Source of the DNA: Blepharisma stoltei ATCC 30299
Taxonomy: Eukaryota; Protista; Ciliophora
Assembly (NCBI GenBank): GCA_965603825.1
Contig: CBFDEM010000032.1
Span: 310,001-374,000, forward strand
Reading direction: 5' to 3'
DNA length: 64,000 nucleotides
A program made the position numbers and the translations under genes. Under the pieces are notes generated by a model that did no database searches, had not been told where the DNA came from, and saw nothing but the letters and a program-made list of their open reading frames with translations. Below, in pieces: positions 42,808 through 57,200 of the stretch. Position 1 is the stretch's first letter; every line of letters starts with the position of its first letter.

Positions 42808-43376
42808 GACTTTCTTAATAAACTATCTTTTCATAAAATGGTTGACGTTGAAGAAAATTTGAGCCTGATCTTGTACTTGTTACAAGAAGAGTCTTAAAAA
42901 GTTATCGATATACACAAGAATTATTAGAAGATTTAAATAAAGCCAAAAAAGTTAGAGGAATTATTTTATACGGTAGTGGATTAAACTACATTTCTTTAAG
43001 TAAAACAATCCTTGATTTGTTGGAGGTTGTTATAATAAAAGCACATGACTGTAAAGATATTATTAAAAATTCATTAGAAGAAACAGAAAGAAGTGTTCAA
43101 GAAATTTTTAGAAATGCAGTAAATGATGAAAGAGAAAGTGGGGAAGAAGGATATTTACACATAGTTGTACTCGCGAATTTTGACACTATTTTTGGAGTTT
43201 ATGAAGAGGCATCTCAACATAAAGAAATAGTAAAGAAATATATTATGGATCTGGTAGATGGCGAAAGTCGATTGAATAATATTTTAATCATTGGAATAGC
43301 TGATAAATTAGAAAATATCGAAAATGATAATTTAAGGGCAGGAAGATTTGAAGTGCAGATTGAATCTGGAGTATAA
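42808..43376 (+). pseudogene. Degenerate NSF/Sec18 (AAA+ D1 domain) relic
   Basis: KKVRGIILYGSG...ETERSVQEIFRNA...GYLHIVVLANFDTI...VDGESRLNNILIIG...LRAGRFEVQIESG follows the NSF D1 order. Walker A/B destroyed, frameshift near 42840, stop before the D2 domain. Confidence 0.7.
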
Positions 43377-43572
43377 TAGAAAAACATAAACCATTATGCT
43401 ATATTCAAAGAGATTTTTATTTTCTATTATATTTGATCAGTATTCTATTATCCATTTTATAATTTTATAATATAAATATCTTTCTATGACCTTACTGGTC
43501 ACACGTTCCTATCCTTTATAGTCTCAATTAAAATTCCTTTGCCATTTTATTCTTTTTATAAAAGGTATTTCA

Positions 43573-44805
43573 ATGAGTTCCAAGACTACCAATAAGAAAG
43601 GCAAGGCATCATTCCTTGAAAAGCAAAAGAAGAAAAATGCAGCAAAAGCTGAGGAAGACCCTAGCAAAGAAGAAGCCAAATCTGCAGGAAAAGACCAGAC
43701 AAATATCCTAGAAGATGTAGAATTTACGAACTCTGTTGAAATACCTTCAGAAGAAGCTAAAAAAGAGGAGCCAAGCGAGTCTGCCGAAAGTGTGGATAAA
43801 TCTGAAGATTCATCCAGTATCGAGGTTCTAAAATCTTCTGAGCAAGAAAGTTTACAAGTTTCAGAAGAGATCAAGCAGGATGAGAGTAGCGAAAAAGCTA
43901 TTGAAGAGGACAAAGTGCAAGAAAATATAAAAGAAAATGAGGAGACACAGCAAGAAATAAAAGTTGAAGAGAAGAGCGAGGAAGCTAAGGCAGAGAGTCA
44001 ACAAGAGGAGGAAAAGCAAGAAGTTGAGGACAAAGAAGTAGAGCAACAAGAGGAAAGCAAAGAAAAGAAGGAAGCGGCCACTGAAGAGAAGCAAGAAGAG
44101 CAACCCCAAGAAAGCCAACCCGAGCATCAAGAAAGCCAGCCTGAGCATCAAGCAAGCCAGCCTGAACATCAAGAAAGCCAGCCTGAGCATCAAGCAAGCC
44201 AGCCTGAACATCAAGAAAGCCAGCCTGAGCATCAAGAAAGCCAGCCTAAGCATCAAGCAAGCCAGCCTGAACATCAAGCAAGCCAGCCTGAACATCAAGA
44301 AAGCCAGCCTGAACATCAAGAAATCCAGCCTGAACATCAAGAAAGCCAGCCTAAAAATCAAAAAAGCCAGCCTGAACATCAAGAAAACCAGCCTGAGCAA
44401 CGCCAAGCTCCCCAGCAAGAAAAAGCTGATGAACCTCAAGAACGGCCAGAGCAGGAAGTAAAGGCTGATTTCGAGGAAGAAAAAGTTGAGTTTGATGGTG
44501 CAATTCTCATAGAAGGAGCAGAAGTCGAAGAAAATTCTGGCAAACAAATGGTCATTGTAGAAGAGGAAGAAGATTCTATCATAGGTGCAGAAACAATTGA
44601 ACCTGAGTCCCAAATCGCAGCTGAGCGTCAAGCTGCACATGAAGAATCCAAAGAAACAAAAGAATTAGTTCTACAAATTCATGAAATCAAGCCTCTCAAA
44701 AAGCCTAAAATTGAATCTAAGGTTGTATCTGGAGTAACTATTGCAATTGGAGCATTAGCAGTTCTGATCGGTCTTGGAATCTATTTTATTCGAGGTAAAA
44801 AATAA
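43573..44805 (+). CDS. Acidic, repeat-containing tail-anchored membrane protein
   Basis: E/Q/K-rich disordered body, no signal peptide, single C-terminal TM VVSGVTIAIGALAVLIGLGIYFI followed by RGKK. Confidence 0.8.
   Translation: MSSKTTNKKGKASFLEKQKKKNAAKAEEDPSKEEAKSAGKDQTNILEDVEFTNSVEIPSEEAKKEEPSESAESVDKSEDSSSIEVLKSSEQESLQVSEEIKQDESSEKAIEEDKVQENIKENEETQQEIKVEEKSEEAKAESQQEEEKQEVEDKEVEQQEESKEKKEAATEEKQEEQPQESQPEHQESQPEHQASQPEHQESQPEHQASQPEHQESQPEHQESQPKHQASQPEHQASQPEHQESQPEHQEIQPEHQESQPKNQKSQPEHQENQPEQRQAPQQEKADEPQERPEQEVKADFEEEKVEFDGAILIEGAEVEENSGKQMVIVEEEEDSIIGAETIEPESQIAAERQAAHEESKETKELVLQIHEIKPLKKPKIESKVVSGVTIAIGALAVLIGLGIYFIRGKK
44107..44400 (+). repeat. Coding minisatellite, 14 x 21 nt (Q[E/A]SQPEH)
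   Basis: Unit caagaaagccagcctgarcat repeated 14 times with few substitutions. Confidence 0.95.
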
Positions 44806-45150
44806 ATAATTCCTTACATAGCTTACACATAGTTATATCAAATAATAATTCGTAAAGTGCCTATTCCATTCCTTTTTCTTTCTCCCATTCTATGATGCAC
44901 CTATTGTTGCTCATATTATTTTTGATAAAATTTAGCATGAGTTTTTAGTTTTACAAGTTCATGAACTTAGATGAATAAAATAAATATATTAGAGTTCGAT
45001 AAAAATAAATATTAATTTATATCAATAAGTTTTAATCTGTTCATGCAGAGTATTGATTGCTCACTTGTACTATTATTTGACACTCAAAAACTGAGCTAGG
45101 AATTTATAAAAAATTACAAAAAATTACAAAAAATTCTGACTTATAATAAA

Positions 45151-47865
<2,715 letters not shown>

Positions 47866-48012
47866 AAATGCATAAAATAAATATCAATCTGTCACATAAA
47901 TAATAAGGTTTTTTTGGATTTCCAACTGAGAAATAGCTTAAATTCATCTAGACAATCCATAAGCGCACAATAGCTATCCCTTATTAATATAAAAAATTTC
48001 TAATTAAAAAAA

Positions 48013-48363
48013 ATGGGAAACAAGCACTCAGGAAGAGGTGCACTCTCAGAGCGTTGCAGAGCATTAGCTGAAGAAATTTTCAAAGAAATTGATGTTGATG
48101 GAAGCTTGACGATAGATATGGAAGAGACTGCAAAATGGTGGTCTCAAAACTTCGCAATTGTAAATTCTCGAGCAATGTTTGAGAACGTTGACCGTGATCG
48201 CAACGGGGCTATTGATTTCAGCGAATGGATGGATTTTTGGGCTCTAGTAAAGCATCAAGGATATAGTGACGATGAGATTTTTGAAGAACTCACTAATTTA
48301 AAAAATAGAGGTTCATGGGTTCAATTTATTGGAACTCAAGTTCATGCAAAGGCCAAGGATTAA
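48013..48363 (+). CDS. Small N-myristoylated two-EF-hand protein
   Basis: MGNKHS start; EF loops DVDGSLTIDMEE and DRDRNGAIDFSEW. Confidence 0.85.
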   Translation: MGNKHSGRGALSERCRALAEEIFKEIDVDGSLTIDMEETAKWWSQNFAIVNSRAMFENVDRDRNGAIDFSEWMDFWALVKHQGYSDDEIFEELTNLKNRGSWVQFIGTQVHAKAKD

Positions 48364-48585
48364 GCACTATTTAGATCAAAATATAAATATAAATCAGAGT
48401 AAATTCATTTAATTGTTAAGTAGAAAAATTAATGCAACTCAATCAAGTTGTTAATTATTCTGACAACAAATTGTTACAAATTGGATATTAGCCATAAGAA
48501 AAATAAATCTCTGTTTTAAGATATTTAAATAATTGAAGTTGCAATTAAAGCAGAATTAATTTTTCTTAAATTATTATTTGAAAAC

Positions 48586-49437
48586 CTAATCATCATCTTT
48601 TTTTAGTTTATTCGAAAGTCTAAACATACACTTTAGGCTTAATTGTCTCGTTAGGAATTTCTCATTCAGGCATAGAGGACTTTTTTCGATTTTTACAAAC
48701 AGCTCATTCCTCCTCGTATATTTATCAAAGCTTGGAGCTTTTTGTTTTTTACCATGATTGACTATTTTAGGGTTCAGCTGAAGCCTTGACTCATTTAAAT
48801 GATTTAAAGGGAGCCCTTTTCGTTTTGCTTGTTTACTAAAGCTTACACAAGAAACATGGCCTTGAGGTAGATCAGGGAGCGGCTTTATTTGTTTTATTAC
48901 GCTTTCGTTTAATAAAGTGCTATACTCATCCACTGTCATTTGTTTCGATATTCCTGATAAAGATATCCTCATCGGGTATTTGCATTCCAAATCATATTCG
49001 TCTATGCAGTCTGGTAGTGAAATTTTTCTCTTTTTTCCACAATAAGCCCTTTTCTTATATTGCGAGGTATTAATTAGCCGAGGCTTTATAGAATCGTACT
49101 GTGGGTTATATTGAGTTGGAGGTGGAGCAATGCTGCAGTTCATTTTTTGAATCCTTTCTCTTTTCTCTCTAGATATTGCTAGAAAACTAGAAGTTTGAGA
49201 TAAAGGGCGTTTATTTTGCAAGGATATTCTATAGTCTTCAATTTTTTTTAGCTTTGTTTCGATATCTTCTTCTATAGGCATTTTTGCAAATTTTGAATCT
49301 GAAAAAGATTGATGTGACCTGACAGGAAAAAGCTGCTTAATAAGCCCATGAGTTGTGCCGATATGCTTATAGTACTGAGGAGTGCTTACAATTGCCTTTA
49401 AATCACTCACAATTTCTGTTGAATTTAATGAAATCAT
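48586..49437 (-). CDS. Hypothetical basic protein with SHIPPO/PGP-like motif (possible axonemal protein)
   Basis: 283-aa ORF; APPPTQYNPQY, VSFSKQAKR and PSFDKYTRR resemble motifs of ciliary microtubule-associated repeat proteins. Weak evidence. Confidence 0.5.
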   Translation of the reverse strand: MISLNSTEIVSDLKAIVSTPQYYKHIGTTHGLIKQLFPVRSHQSFSDSKFAKMPIEEDIETKLKKIEDYRISLQNKRPLSQTSSFLAISREKRERIQKMNCSIAPPPTQYNPQYDSIKPRLINTSQYKKRAYCGKKRKISLPDCIDEYDLECKYPMRISLSGISKQMTVDEYSTLLNESVIKQIKPLPDLPQGHVSCVSFSKQAKRKGLPLNHLNESRLQLNPKIVNHGKKQKAPSFDKYTRRNELFVKIEKSPLCLNEKFLTRQLSLKCMFRLSNKLKKDDD

Positions 49438-49496
49438 TTTTGCTTATGCGAAATTGTTATTTCTTTATTATAAATGAATGCAACTGTTATAGGAGC

Positions 49497-50962
49497 TTAA
49501 GTATTAATTAATGGTATAGCTTCTATTAGTCTGCCTCCAAACATTTTATTTGAAAGCGTCTTTAAGACTCTTTCTTTTTCTTCTTGTGTCTTTAGCACTA
49601 CGATAGCTTCTCCAGTAGTCTTATCAATGGAGTCTTGCCTTAGAATCAAGTTATTTTTTGTTACTTCAAAATCCCTTAAGTACTCCAAAACCTCAATTTT
49701 TTTAAATTTTTGATGGAAGCCGCGCAATTTCACAGCTCTCGATCTTTGTTCAGATGTTAAGAATGGCAGTGATTTTGTTAGGCTACTTCTAAAAATATTT
49801 ATAATTTCTTGCTCATCAACTCTAAGCTGCTGGTAATTTTGGATATCATTTTTGTCATCAAGGCCATAATAATAGTTTCCATTGTGGAGGTATGACCATT
49901 CTAAGTAAGATTTTACTGGATTTAGCTTGAAGCTGTAGATTTTTTTCTCGAATTTTAATAAAAAATAATCTTTCACCATTAAGCATTGATTCTGCATTTT
50001 GAGAGGCAAGCTGAAATAGCTCTTCAGAAGCTTCTTCAACTAAAATATAAATTACTGCTGATAGTCCTGTTTCTTAGTTTTCTTTTATCATAGCATAAAG
50101 CTTCTTGGGCATCTTCATCGGATAGCATTTTGCTCAAAATAAAGCCAGTTCTTTCCCCATATGGATCTACAACATGCAAAATTTTTTCTATTCTTAAACC
50201 ATATAGAAATTCCTCAATTTCACTTTCTTCAGTTTTGTTAGTAGTTCCTTTCATAATGATAACTTTTCCATATAAAGGCTTTGGAGGAGATAATAACGGT
50301 TGTAGCAATGGCGGCTGAATAATTTCCTGCTTGACTGGTGGTGGCACTTTTGGTTTAGCTTTTTCTGTATTTATATCTTTTTGTGCATTAAACTTATGTC
50401 CAGACTTTACAATGTGGCTTATAATTCTAATTATATTTTTGCATTCTTCATGGGCTCTAATCTTTTCAGGTACTTCAGTAAGTCCTAAATGTCTCAGCAT
50501 TTGGTTTACACTTAAATTTTGAGAAGCTTCTGGATGAGATTTTTCAAATTCTGCTTGAATGTCGTGATATTTTGAAAAATGAGGAGCCAATTTTAAGCCT
50601 AGTCTAGTACATTCATCAGGTAAAAGTTGAGTAAGCAGCGTATCTCCATTTGTGATTATGGAAAAGCTGGAATTTTGAAGAATGATAGATTCATACACGA
50701 ATTTATTAAATTTCTGCATCGCAGAAGGGAGTTCTTCTGCTGTTTGCATATCTTGTAAAGTGAGGCCTGTTGTTTCAGTGACTTCTCCAGATGTAAAAAT
50801 ATCTTCAAGTTCTTCTCCACTGGGGTTAATAAAAATATTTGACAATTCTGTGACTGATTTTGTGTGGATATTATACGCGCACCAATTGAGTTCTAGAAGT
50901 CTTCCATCTGCACTTTCAGTATGAGTCAAAGCTACTAAAAAATCAGGCTCTTCTAATTCCAT
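49497..50962 (-). CDS. ESRP/fusilli-like protein: inactive DEDDh exonuclease-like domain plus hnRNP F/H-type qRRMs; 3 exons
   Basis: N-terminal DnaQ-fold motifs (IFINP, TGLT...A..LPSAMQKF, IITNGD, HFSKYHDIQAEF, QMLRHLGL); qRRMs EIEEFLYGL...RTG...DAQEAL and AVKLRGF...TGEAIVVL...GGRLIE; 16-nt introns 50040-50055 and 49901-49916. Confidence 0.7.
49901..49916 (-). other. 16-nt intron (ESRP-like gene)
   Basis: gtaaaatcttActtag; needed to reach the frame of the last qRRM. Confidence 0.78.
50040..50055 (-). other. 16-nt intron (ESRP-like gene)
   Basis: gtaatttatattttag; splicing gives RTISIEEASEELF, the expected end of a qRRM. Nearest A is at -7 rather than -6. Confidence 0.75.
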
Positions 50963-50987
50963 ATTAAAATTTAATTATATTATTAGA

Positions 50988-52641
50988 TTACTCCAGACTT
51001 TTCAAACAGCTACATAGAAATTACTCTTCACAGAGCTTTTCGCCATCACAGCGCCCGTGGCATTTTATATGAATATTATGCCCGCAATTTCCCGTAACAA
51101 TGCTAATTTGGTCAAGTCTAAATAAAAGATTACTGTGATTCACACGTTAGACAAATTTCTGCTAATGTTTCTTTAGCTTTATAAATTTCACTATCTTGCG
51201 TATCTTTTCTTTTATACAAATAATCACTATCAACAGTATCTCTAGTGTTTGGTCTATACATAATGCTTGGAGATCTCATTAAATCTTTATCAAATGAACT
51301 ATCTTGATCCTTAGTTACATTACAATCATCAAATTGAGGATACTCCAAAATAATTTTGCCAAGTTTTGACTTTGACAGTGTTTTTTGACCTGGGAAAATT
51401 TGATGAGTAGTTGTGGATGATTTTTGGGCATACAGCAAGCAGTAAAACATAGCAGCGAAAAATTCACAAATTAAACTAATAATTGCAAAAGTTGGGCCTT
51501 CTTCTGAGCAAAATGAAATATCATTATCCCCAGCCTTAACCCTACAATTAGCTCCATATGTGACTCCACTAATATTAAACCAACTGATAATCCCTATTAA
51601 GTTTAAAATTACACAAAGTGCAGGCCAAACATAATTCGACTCAGAAATTCCAAACTCTTTCTTCCTTAGCACATTAATCAAGTTCTCAATTCATAATAAT
51701 AAAAATAGTAAGGAAAAACTGACCATCCAATAATAAACACGCCCAGCGTTATTAACTTTATCAAAAGCATTGCATTCGCGCTGGGACAGCGCAAGTCCAG
51801 ATTTATTGGCGCAAGCAGGGCCACTTATACAGTCGAAATCTAGATTCTTAATAAAATCCCCATATTTATAATATGAGTTCATGCTAAGAAGAGTCCCAGT
51901 TGATGTTTTTGGAGCTTGAAAACTTATCCAATCCCATCCAAGAGCTAGCCCAGTAAATGCTGCTCCGATCAGAAGTACTGGGAGCACTTTGCCGCTAATC
52001 ATAGCAGATGATTCTAGCCCTTCAATAATCTTTTCTTTATCAAGTTTTTTATTCCTAAATCTCAGCACAACAGCTCCGAGTCCACAACCGATCGCACTTA
52101 ATATAAGAGAAGTAAGCATATAATATGGTCCGTTATTATTACAAATTTCATCGTTCGTATCACAGCTGGAGCTAATTTTTGAGTTCGTAAGTTCAATGTA
52201 ACTTAAAAAACCAGCCAGTTTTGATCCAGTAATTAGACCTATTAAGGTGTAAAAAATCCAGACTTTGCCATACCCTCTTCTCATGAGCATGTAGATATAT
52301 CTTTCAATTAAAAGTATTGTTAATACCCCTGCCACTGTTTCGCATGAAATCACACTTGACCGAGCTTGTATTAATTTTTTGCCAGTTGAACATAGATCAG
52401 ATGATGAGTCTTGGCTACATGAAAGAGAGTATACACAGTTAGGATTTGTATGCTCAAATCCAACAGGGCAGTCAATGCAGTCAAAAATTCCATAATTGAA
52501 CGTCTCCTCTTTATATGAGAATGAATTTCACTCGGGGGTTAAAATACTTGCAAAAGAGATAAATAAGGCTGAACTCAAGACTATTAAAGCAGCTAAGATG
52601 ATAACAAAGAAAAACAAAGGATGTTTGAATATAAGCTTCAT
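50988..52641 (-). CDS. Polytopic membrane protein with two claudin/PMP22-like 4-TM units and a C-terminal RING-H2 finger; 3 exons
   Basis: ATG 52641, TGA=Trp at 52528 and 51691; repeated TM-W-x-G[IL]-Cys-rich loop-3TM unit. After introns 51118-51133 and 51010-51024 the end reads CLTCESQLDQISIVTGNCGHNIHIKCHGRCDGEKLCEDCLKSLE-TAA. Confidence 0.75.
51010..51024 (-). other. 15-nt intron (membrane RING gene)
   Basis: gtaatttctAtgtag; splicing creates the last CxxC pair (CEDC). Confidence 0.8.
51118..51133 (-). other. 16-nt intron (membrane RING gene)
   Basis: gtaatcttttAtttag; contains the TAA that ends the track ORF. Confidence 0.82.
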
Positions 52642-53416
52642 ATAATTTAATTGGCATGATAAATTTTCAACTTTTTTAATATGAAATCTGCTATTTTTAG
52701 CTTGAGGCAAGCTAAGTTCATTATTGTTGATATTAATAATTATTGGGTCTTATTAAAGTGAAAAATTACAGAAATTACAATTATTGCTAAATATTATTGA
52801 GATAAGATTAAAAAGTGATTGATTTTAAAAATTTATTTTCGGATTTTTTTGCGCAAATAAAATGCCCTTAAAATCTTTCTTATTTTTATTGTAAAAGACT
52901 ATAATCTTCATTAGTTTTTGTTTAATTTTATAATCTCATTTTAATAAATTGTAAATACAGTATAAATATGTAAGGGAAAGATATACAAATTGCAGCTTCT
53001 TTTATCTATAAAATTAAGTCAATTTATTGGCTAATACTTACACACTTAAATATCTCTATAATATCTGGAAGGGATTATCAATAAGCTTGACAGAGTCCTA
53101 ACAAAATCAGTGAACTTTCACATACATAATAAGTTTTGTGTAAATTCAAAGAAAGTCGCTTCGAATATGTATAATAAATTATTTAAAAGTATTCATAATA
53201 AAATACAGTCCAAACGACATTTTGGTGATAAACATTGCACAAAAATTTATATTATAATATCTGTGATAAAATCAATAAAATATTTATCAAAATGCATTCC
53301 AAAAGTTCGATTCTTGCACAATATAAATATATTGTAAATGCAAAGTAGTATTATATTCAAGAAATTAAACCCAACATAAATCTTTGAAATCAAATTTTAT
53401 TCATACATCATAAAAA

Positions 53417-54001
53417 ATGGATCCAAAACATTTCAGGAATTTGTCAGGACTTTCTCCAGTTTCCTGAAAGCGTAAAAATTCTTCAATTACTGCTCTTTCT
53501 CAAGACTCATCGCCGTTAAAACCTATAAATCTGAGAAAAAACAGCACTGACACATTATTTTACGGAACTGCTCATGCAGCTCAATTTTATGCATTGAGCC
53601 TAATGCCAAGCTTAACTCTTCCTCTGTCTGAAAGCCCTGTAAGGAAAAAGGAGCTCGATAATTATTCACCTACTTCAACTATCAATGAATTCTTCAAGGA
53701 AAAAAGAGATTCGCCTAACATAAATTTTGATAAAAAAAGAAAAAATCCCAGATATTCCAGAGGTGTAAAATCATATGATTTCAAAAGTAGCTCATTAAAA
53801 CCCCTATATTTTAATTCACCAAGTCCGAGTAGCAATCTTAAAAGAACAAAAATGCTGCCATTATTTTCAGATTGGGAACTAAAAGAGGCACTTAAGCCAT
53901 TGAGAAAAAGAAATTTAAGAAATAAGAGAATGACTCTTGTAGCTTCAGTTAAGAGAATGGATTCTTACAAGCCTAAAGATTTTGATTTGGTAGGCTTTTA
54001 A
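53417..54001 (+). CDS. Hypothetical basic, Ser/Pro-rich protein (194 aa)
   Basis: ATG 53417 is in frame with track ORF 53594-54001 through one TGA=Trp; no family recognised. Confidence 0.6.
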
Positions 54002-54297
54002 GCAAGAAAGTTATAAAAATGCGAGTACTTTAATTAAACAGTAAAAAAGCAAAAATTTTTTATATACAAAAATAATCCATCATCTCTAATAATAATTATT
54101 TGCCTATTTTTGAAAAATCCAAGATGTATTGCCTACCTAGTGCTACCATTTAAATTTACATCTTTGAAGCTATTACTGATTATTTCAATGACATTTTAAT
54201 TAAGCATCTGCAATTTGCAATATTCTATCAAATCTGTGCGACATTTTTCTTATTATTTAAATTTTTATTATTAATTTCTACAATGAATTATCAATTA

Positions 54298-57200
54298 TTA
54301 AATTGCAGCCATCTGCTTTGGCCCATATCCTCTCATATCTAGTGAAAATGACTTTGAAGTGCTTTCCAAGGGGAGGAATGTTGTTCCAATCAATGAATCC
54401 GAATTTGAGAAAAAATCTTCTTTATGTGTAATAATGATGCACTGAGAATTTTCTTCAGCGACTTTTTGCAAATAGTTCAGCAGCAATTGACAGTTATCAA
54501 AGTCAAGAAAAGCATCAATCTCATCCAAAATATAGAAAGGTGATGGCATAGCAGAATGGACCGCAAATAGCAGGGATAAGGCAGCAATCGTTTTTTCGCC
54601 TCCAGAGAGCTGCTCCATTTCATACATGCATCGCTTTCCAGGTGGAGTCGGGGAATATACAACGCCTCCATTGTAAGGCTCATCACTGTCTTCAACATAT
54701 AATAAAGCGCTTCCTCCATAATAGTTATTTTTAGAGCTCTTTGTCATTTCTTTGTAAATCCTATTGATTGCTCCTTCCACCGAGTTAAACATGTTCATAA
54801 AGCAAAACCTTCTTTTTTCCTTGATTTCTTGGAAATTTGCTTTAGCATCATTTAGAAGTCTATTGAAGTCTTCTAGTTGCTTTGTAGTTTCTTCTTCTTT
54901 TCTTTCTAAGTCTTCTAGTTTATCTTGATTAAACGTGCATTTCCCTGATGAAGCTAGCTGCTCCAGATTTTTGCTTTCTTTTTCAATCAAACTCGCAATA
55001 CTTTCTGACTCTTTATCAAGCTGCTCAGAGCTCATTCTCACATATTTTACATCCAGTCCAGAAAAGTCAATATCAGGTGTGTCATCATCAGTCCTTCTCA
55101 ATGGCACATCTAAATTTTTCATTTGAAATTCTTCAATTCTCTGCTGTTTCTGCTGATATAAATGCTCTAGCTCTCTTTCCTCATTAGACAGATCTTTTTC
55201 TAATATAGAGCAAGCTTTTAATGTCTTATCAAATTTGTCTTGTTGCGACGTCAGAAGATCCTTCATACGTTGGATTTCTTCTTTAAGCTTGTCCTCTGAT
55301 GATTTTAGCTGGGCTTGGGCATCTTTTAACTTGTTAAGTTCTTTGTCAAGCTCTTGATAGCGATCATTTATTTTGGTTAGCTCAGATTTGTCTTTAGCGA
55401 TTGAGCTTTTCATACGGGAGACTGCTTCTTCTGAGGACTCAAGGTTTAAAGAGGATAATTGCCATTCTACTTTGCTGTATTCTTGGCGAAGGCGATTGAT
55501 TTCCTCTTGCAGCTTGTTGGCTTCCTCAAGGCCTTTTCCTTCTAACGACTTGATATTTTCGATGCCAAGCTCTCTACAAAAGTCGCTAAATACAGAATCT
55601 TCAATTGAAGAAATTGATGACTCGATTGCGAAAAGCTGGTCTTTTTGTGTAGAAATTTGCCTCTGTAGCAAATTCAATTGGTTTTCAATAGCTTTGGTAT
55701 CTTTAATCAAATCCTTTCTATTTCCCATCAGATTTTGCATTTTTTCGCTCATCCCTGCAATTTCATTATCGATTGAAGCAATTTTATTTTCGTATTCTAC
55801 TAGATTTTGCTTCAAATTAGCAAGTGTATTTTCTCCTCTCAAGCTTTGTTGTAGATCATGAAGTTGGGCCCTTATGTCTTCAGTTTCTTTTACTAGGATG
55901 TCGAGCTTTTGTGAGCCTTTTTCAAAACGCTTTTTGGAAGGAGCTGAACTGATCATTCCATTTTTTATGGTAACTCCGTCTATTGTGACCACTTGCCGAA
56001 TCCCTTTGACTCTTCTTAAAGATTCAGCTTTATTTATATCTTCAGCGACTACACGGGAGCCTGCAAATGCAAGGACTGCTTTATCAAGGCCGTAATTTCT
56101 ATCATAAGTCAAGATGTCAGGCAGCAAAGTCCCAAGATTTGACACTTGGTGACGTAAACTTTCATTGACTTGGCCTTCAGGAACATTTTCAAGAACCACG
56201 ATATCTTTCAGTAACGAATTTTCTTTTAGCTTTGTATGGACAAAAGCAGCAGTTTCAGCATCTTCTACTACTAAGTAATCGAGGATACTTCCTAAGCTAG
56301 CTTCAACAGCCATCGAGTAACGAGGTTGGATAGGCACTACAAGATCTCTAAAGAAACCTCGAACCTTTTTATTTTGCCTCATCATGTCTGCCACAATTGT
56401 TTTCTCTTTTTCTTTTTCTTTCTTAACTAAGCTTACTGTCTCATATTCTCTAACTTTTCCTTCCAGCATTCTAAGCCTTTCTACAAGCTCCAACTCTCTT
56501 TCTTTATCCTTTTCATTTTTCATGGTCGCTTTCTTAATCTCGTTGAGTGTATCACTCCTAACTTCTTCAAAGCGCGATTTTTCGTCATTTTTTCTATTGA
56601 GCTGCTGCTCAAGGCCAGAAATATCTTCATCTAATTTACTCTTTTCTTCGAGTTTAGCATTGTGACTTTGCTTCAAATAAGAAAAATTCATTTCTTTAGA
56701 GCCGAGTTCTCGTTTGACCCTTTCCAGCTCTTTTTTCTCCATAAAAGATCTTAGTCCTGCTTCTTTTTTGAGCTGCATGTATCTTTCTTTTTGGGTTTCA
56801 TCTAAATCGACCTTGAGTTCTTGAATTTGCTCATGCAATTTCTTTTGGATTTCTTCATCAAAAATGATTAATTCATTTTTCATTTGCTCGGACCTCTTTT
56901 TGCTGTTGTCTAAATTGGTCTTTAGCTGCTCCAGGCTGTCTTCTTTGGCTTGAATGCGTAATTGGAATTGCTTTAAGTTCTCTTTCAGCTTGTTTAGCTC
57001 AGGCTTTTTTATTAAAATCAAGTTATTTTTATTGGCCAAATCATCAATGACGTTCATAAGCTCTTGTTCATATTGTTTAAAATTATTTCCACTTTCTCTC
57101 AATCCAACAGCAGATTTTTCTTTTTTTATTCTTGCATCTTCAAGTCCTTTCTTTTTACCATCAACTTGTTTATTTTTGCCTGCAATTTCTCTTTCTAATA

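Noticed and set aside
44107-44400. 21-nt repeat array as a CRISPR array, and the 259-aa antisense ORF 43861-44640
   Set aside because: No unique spacers, unit is a multiple of 3 inside a coding frame, no cas genes; the antisense ORF is a by-product of the repeat.
45110-45135. Short direct repeat aaaaattaca x2-3 upstream of the USP gene
   Set aside because: Low-complexity slippage repeat in AT-rich DNA; no evidence of function.
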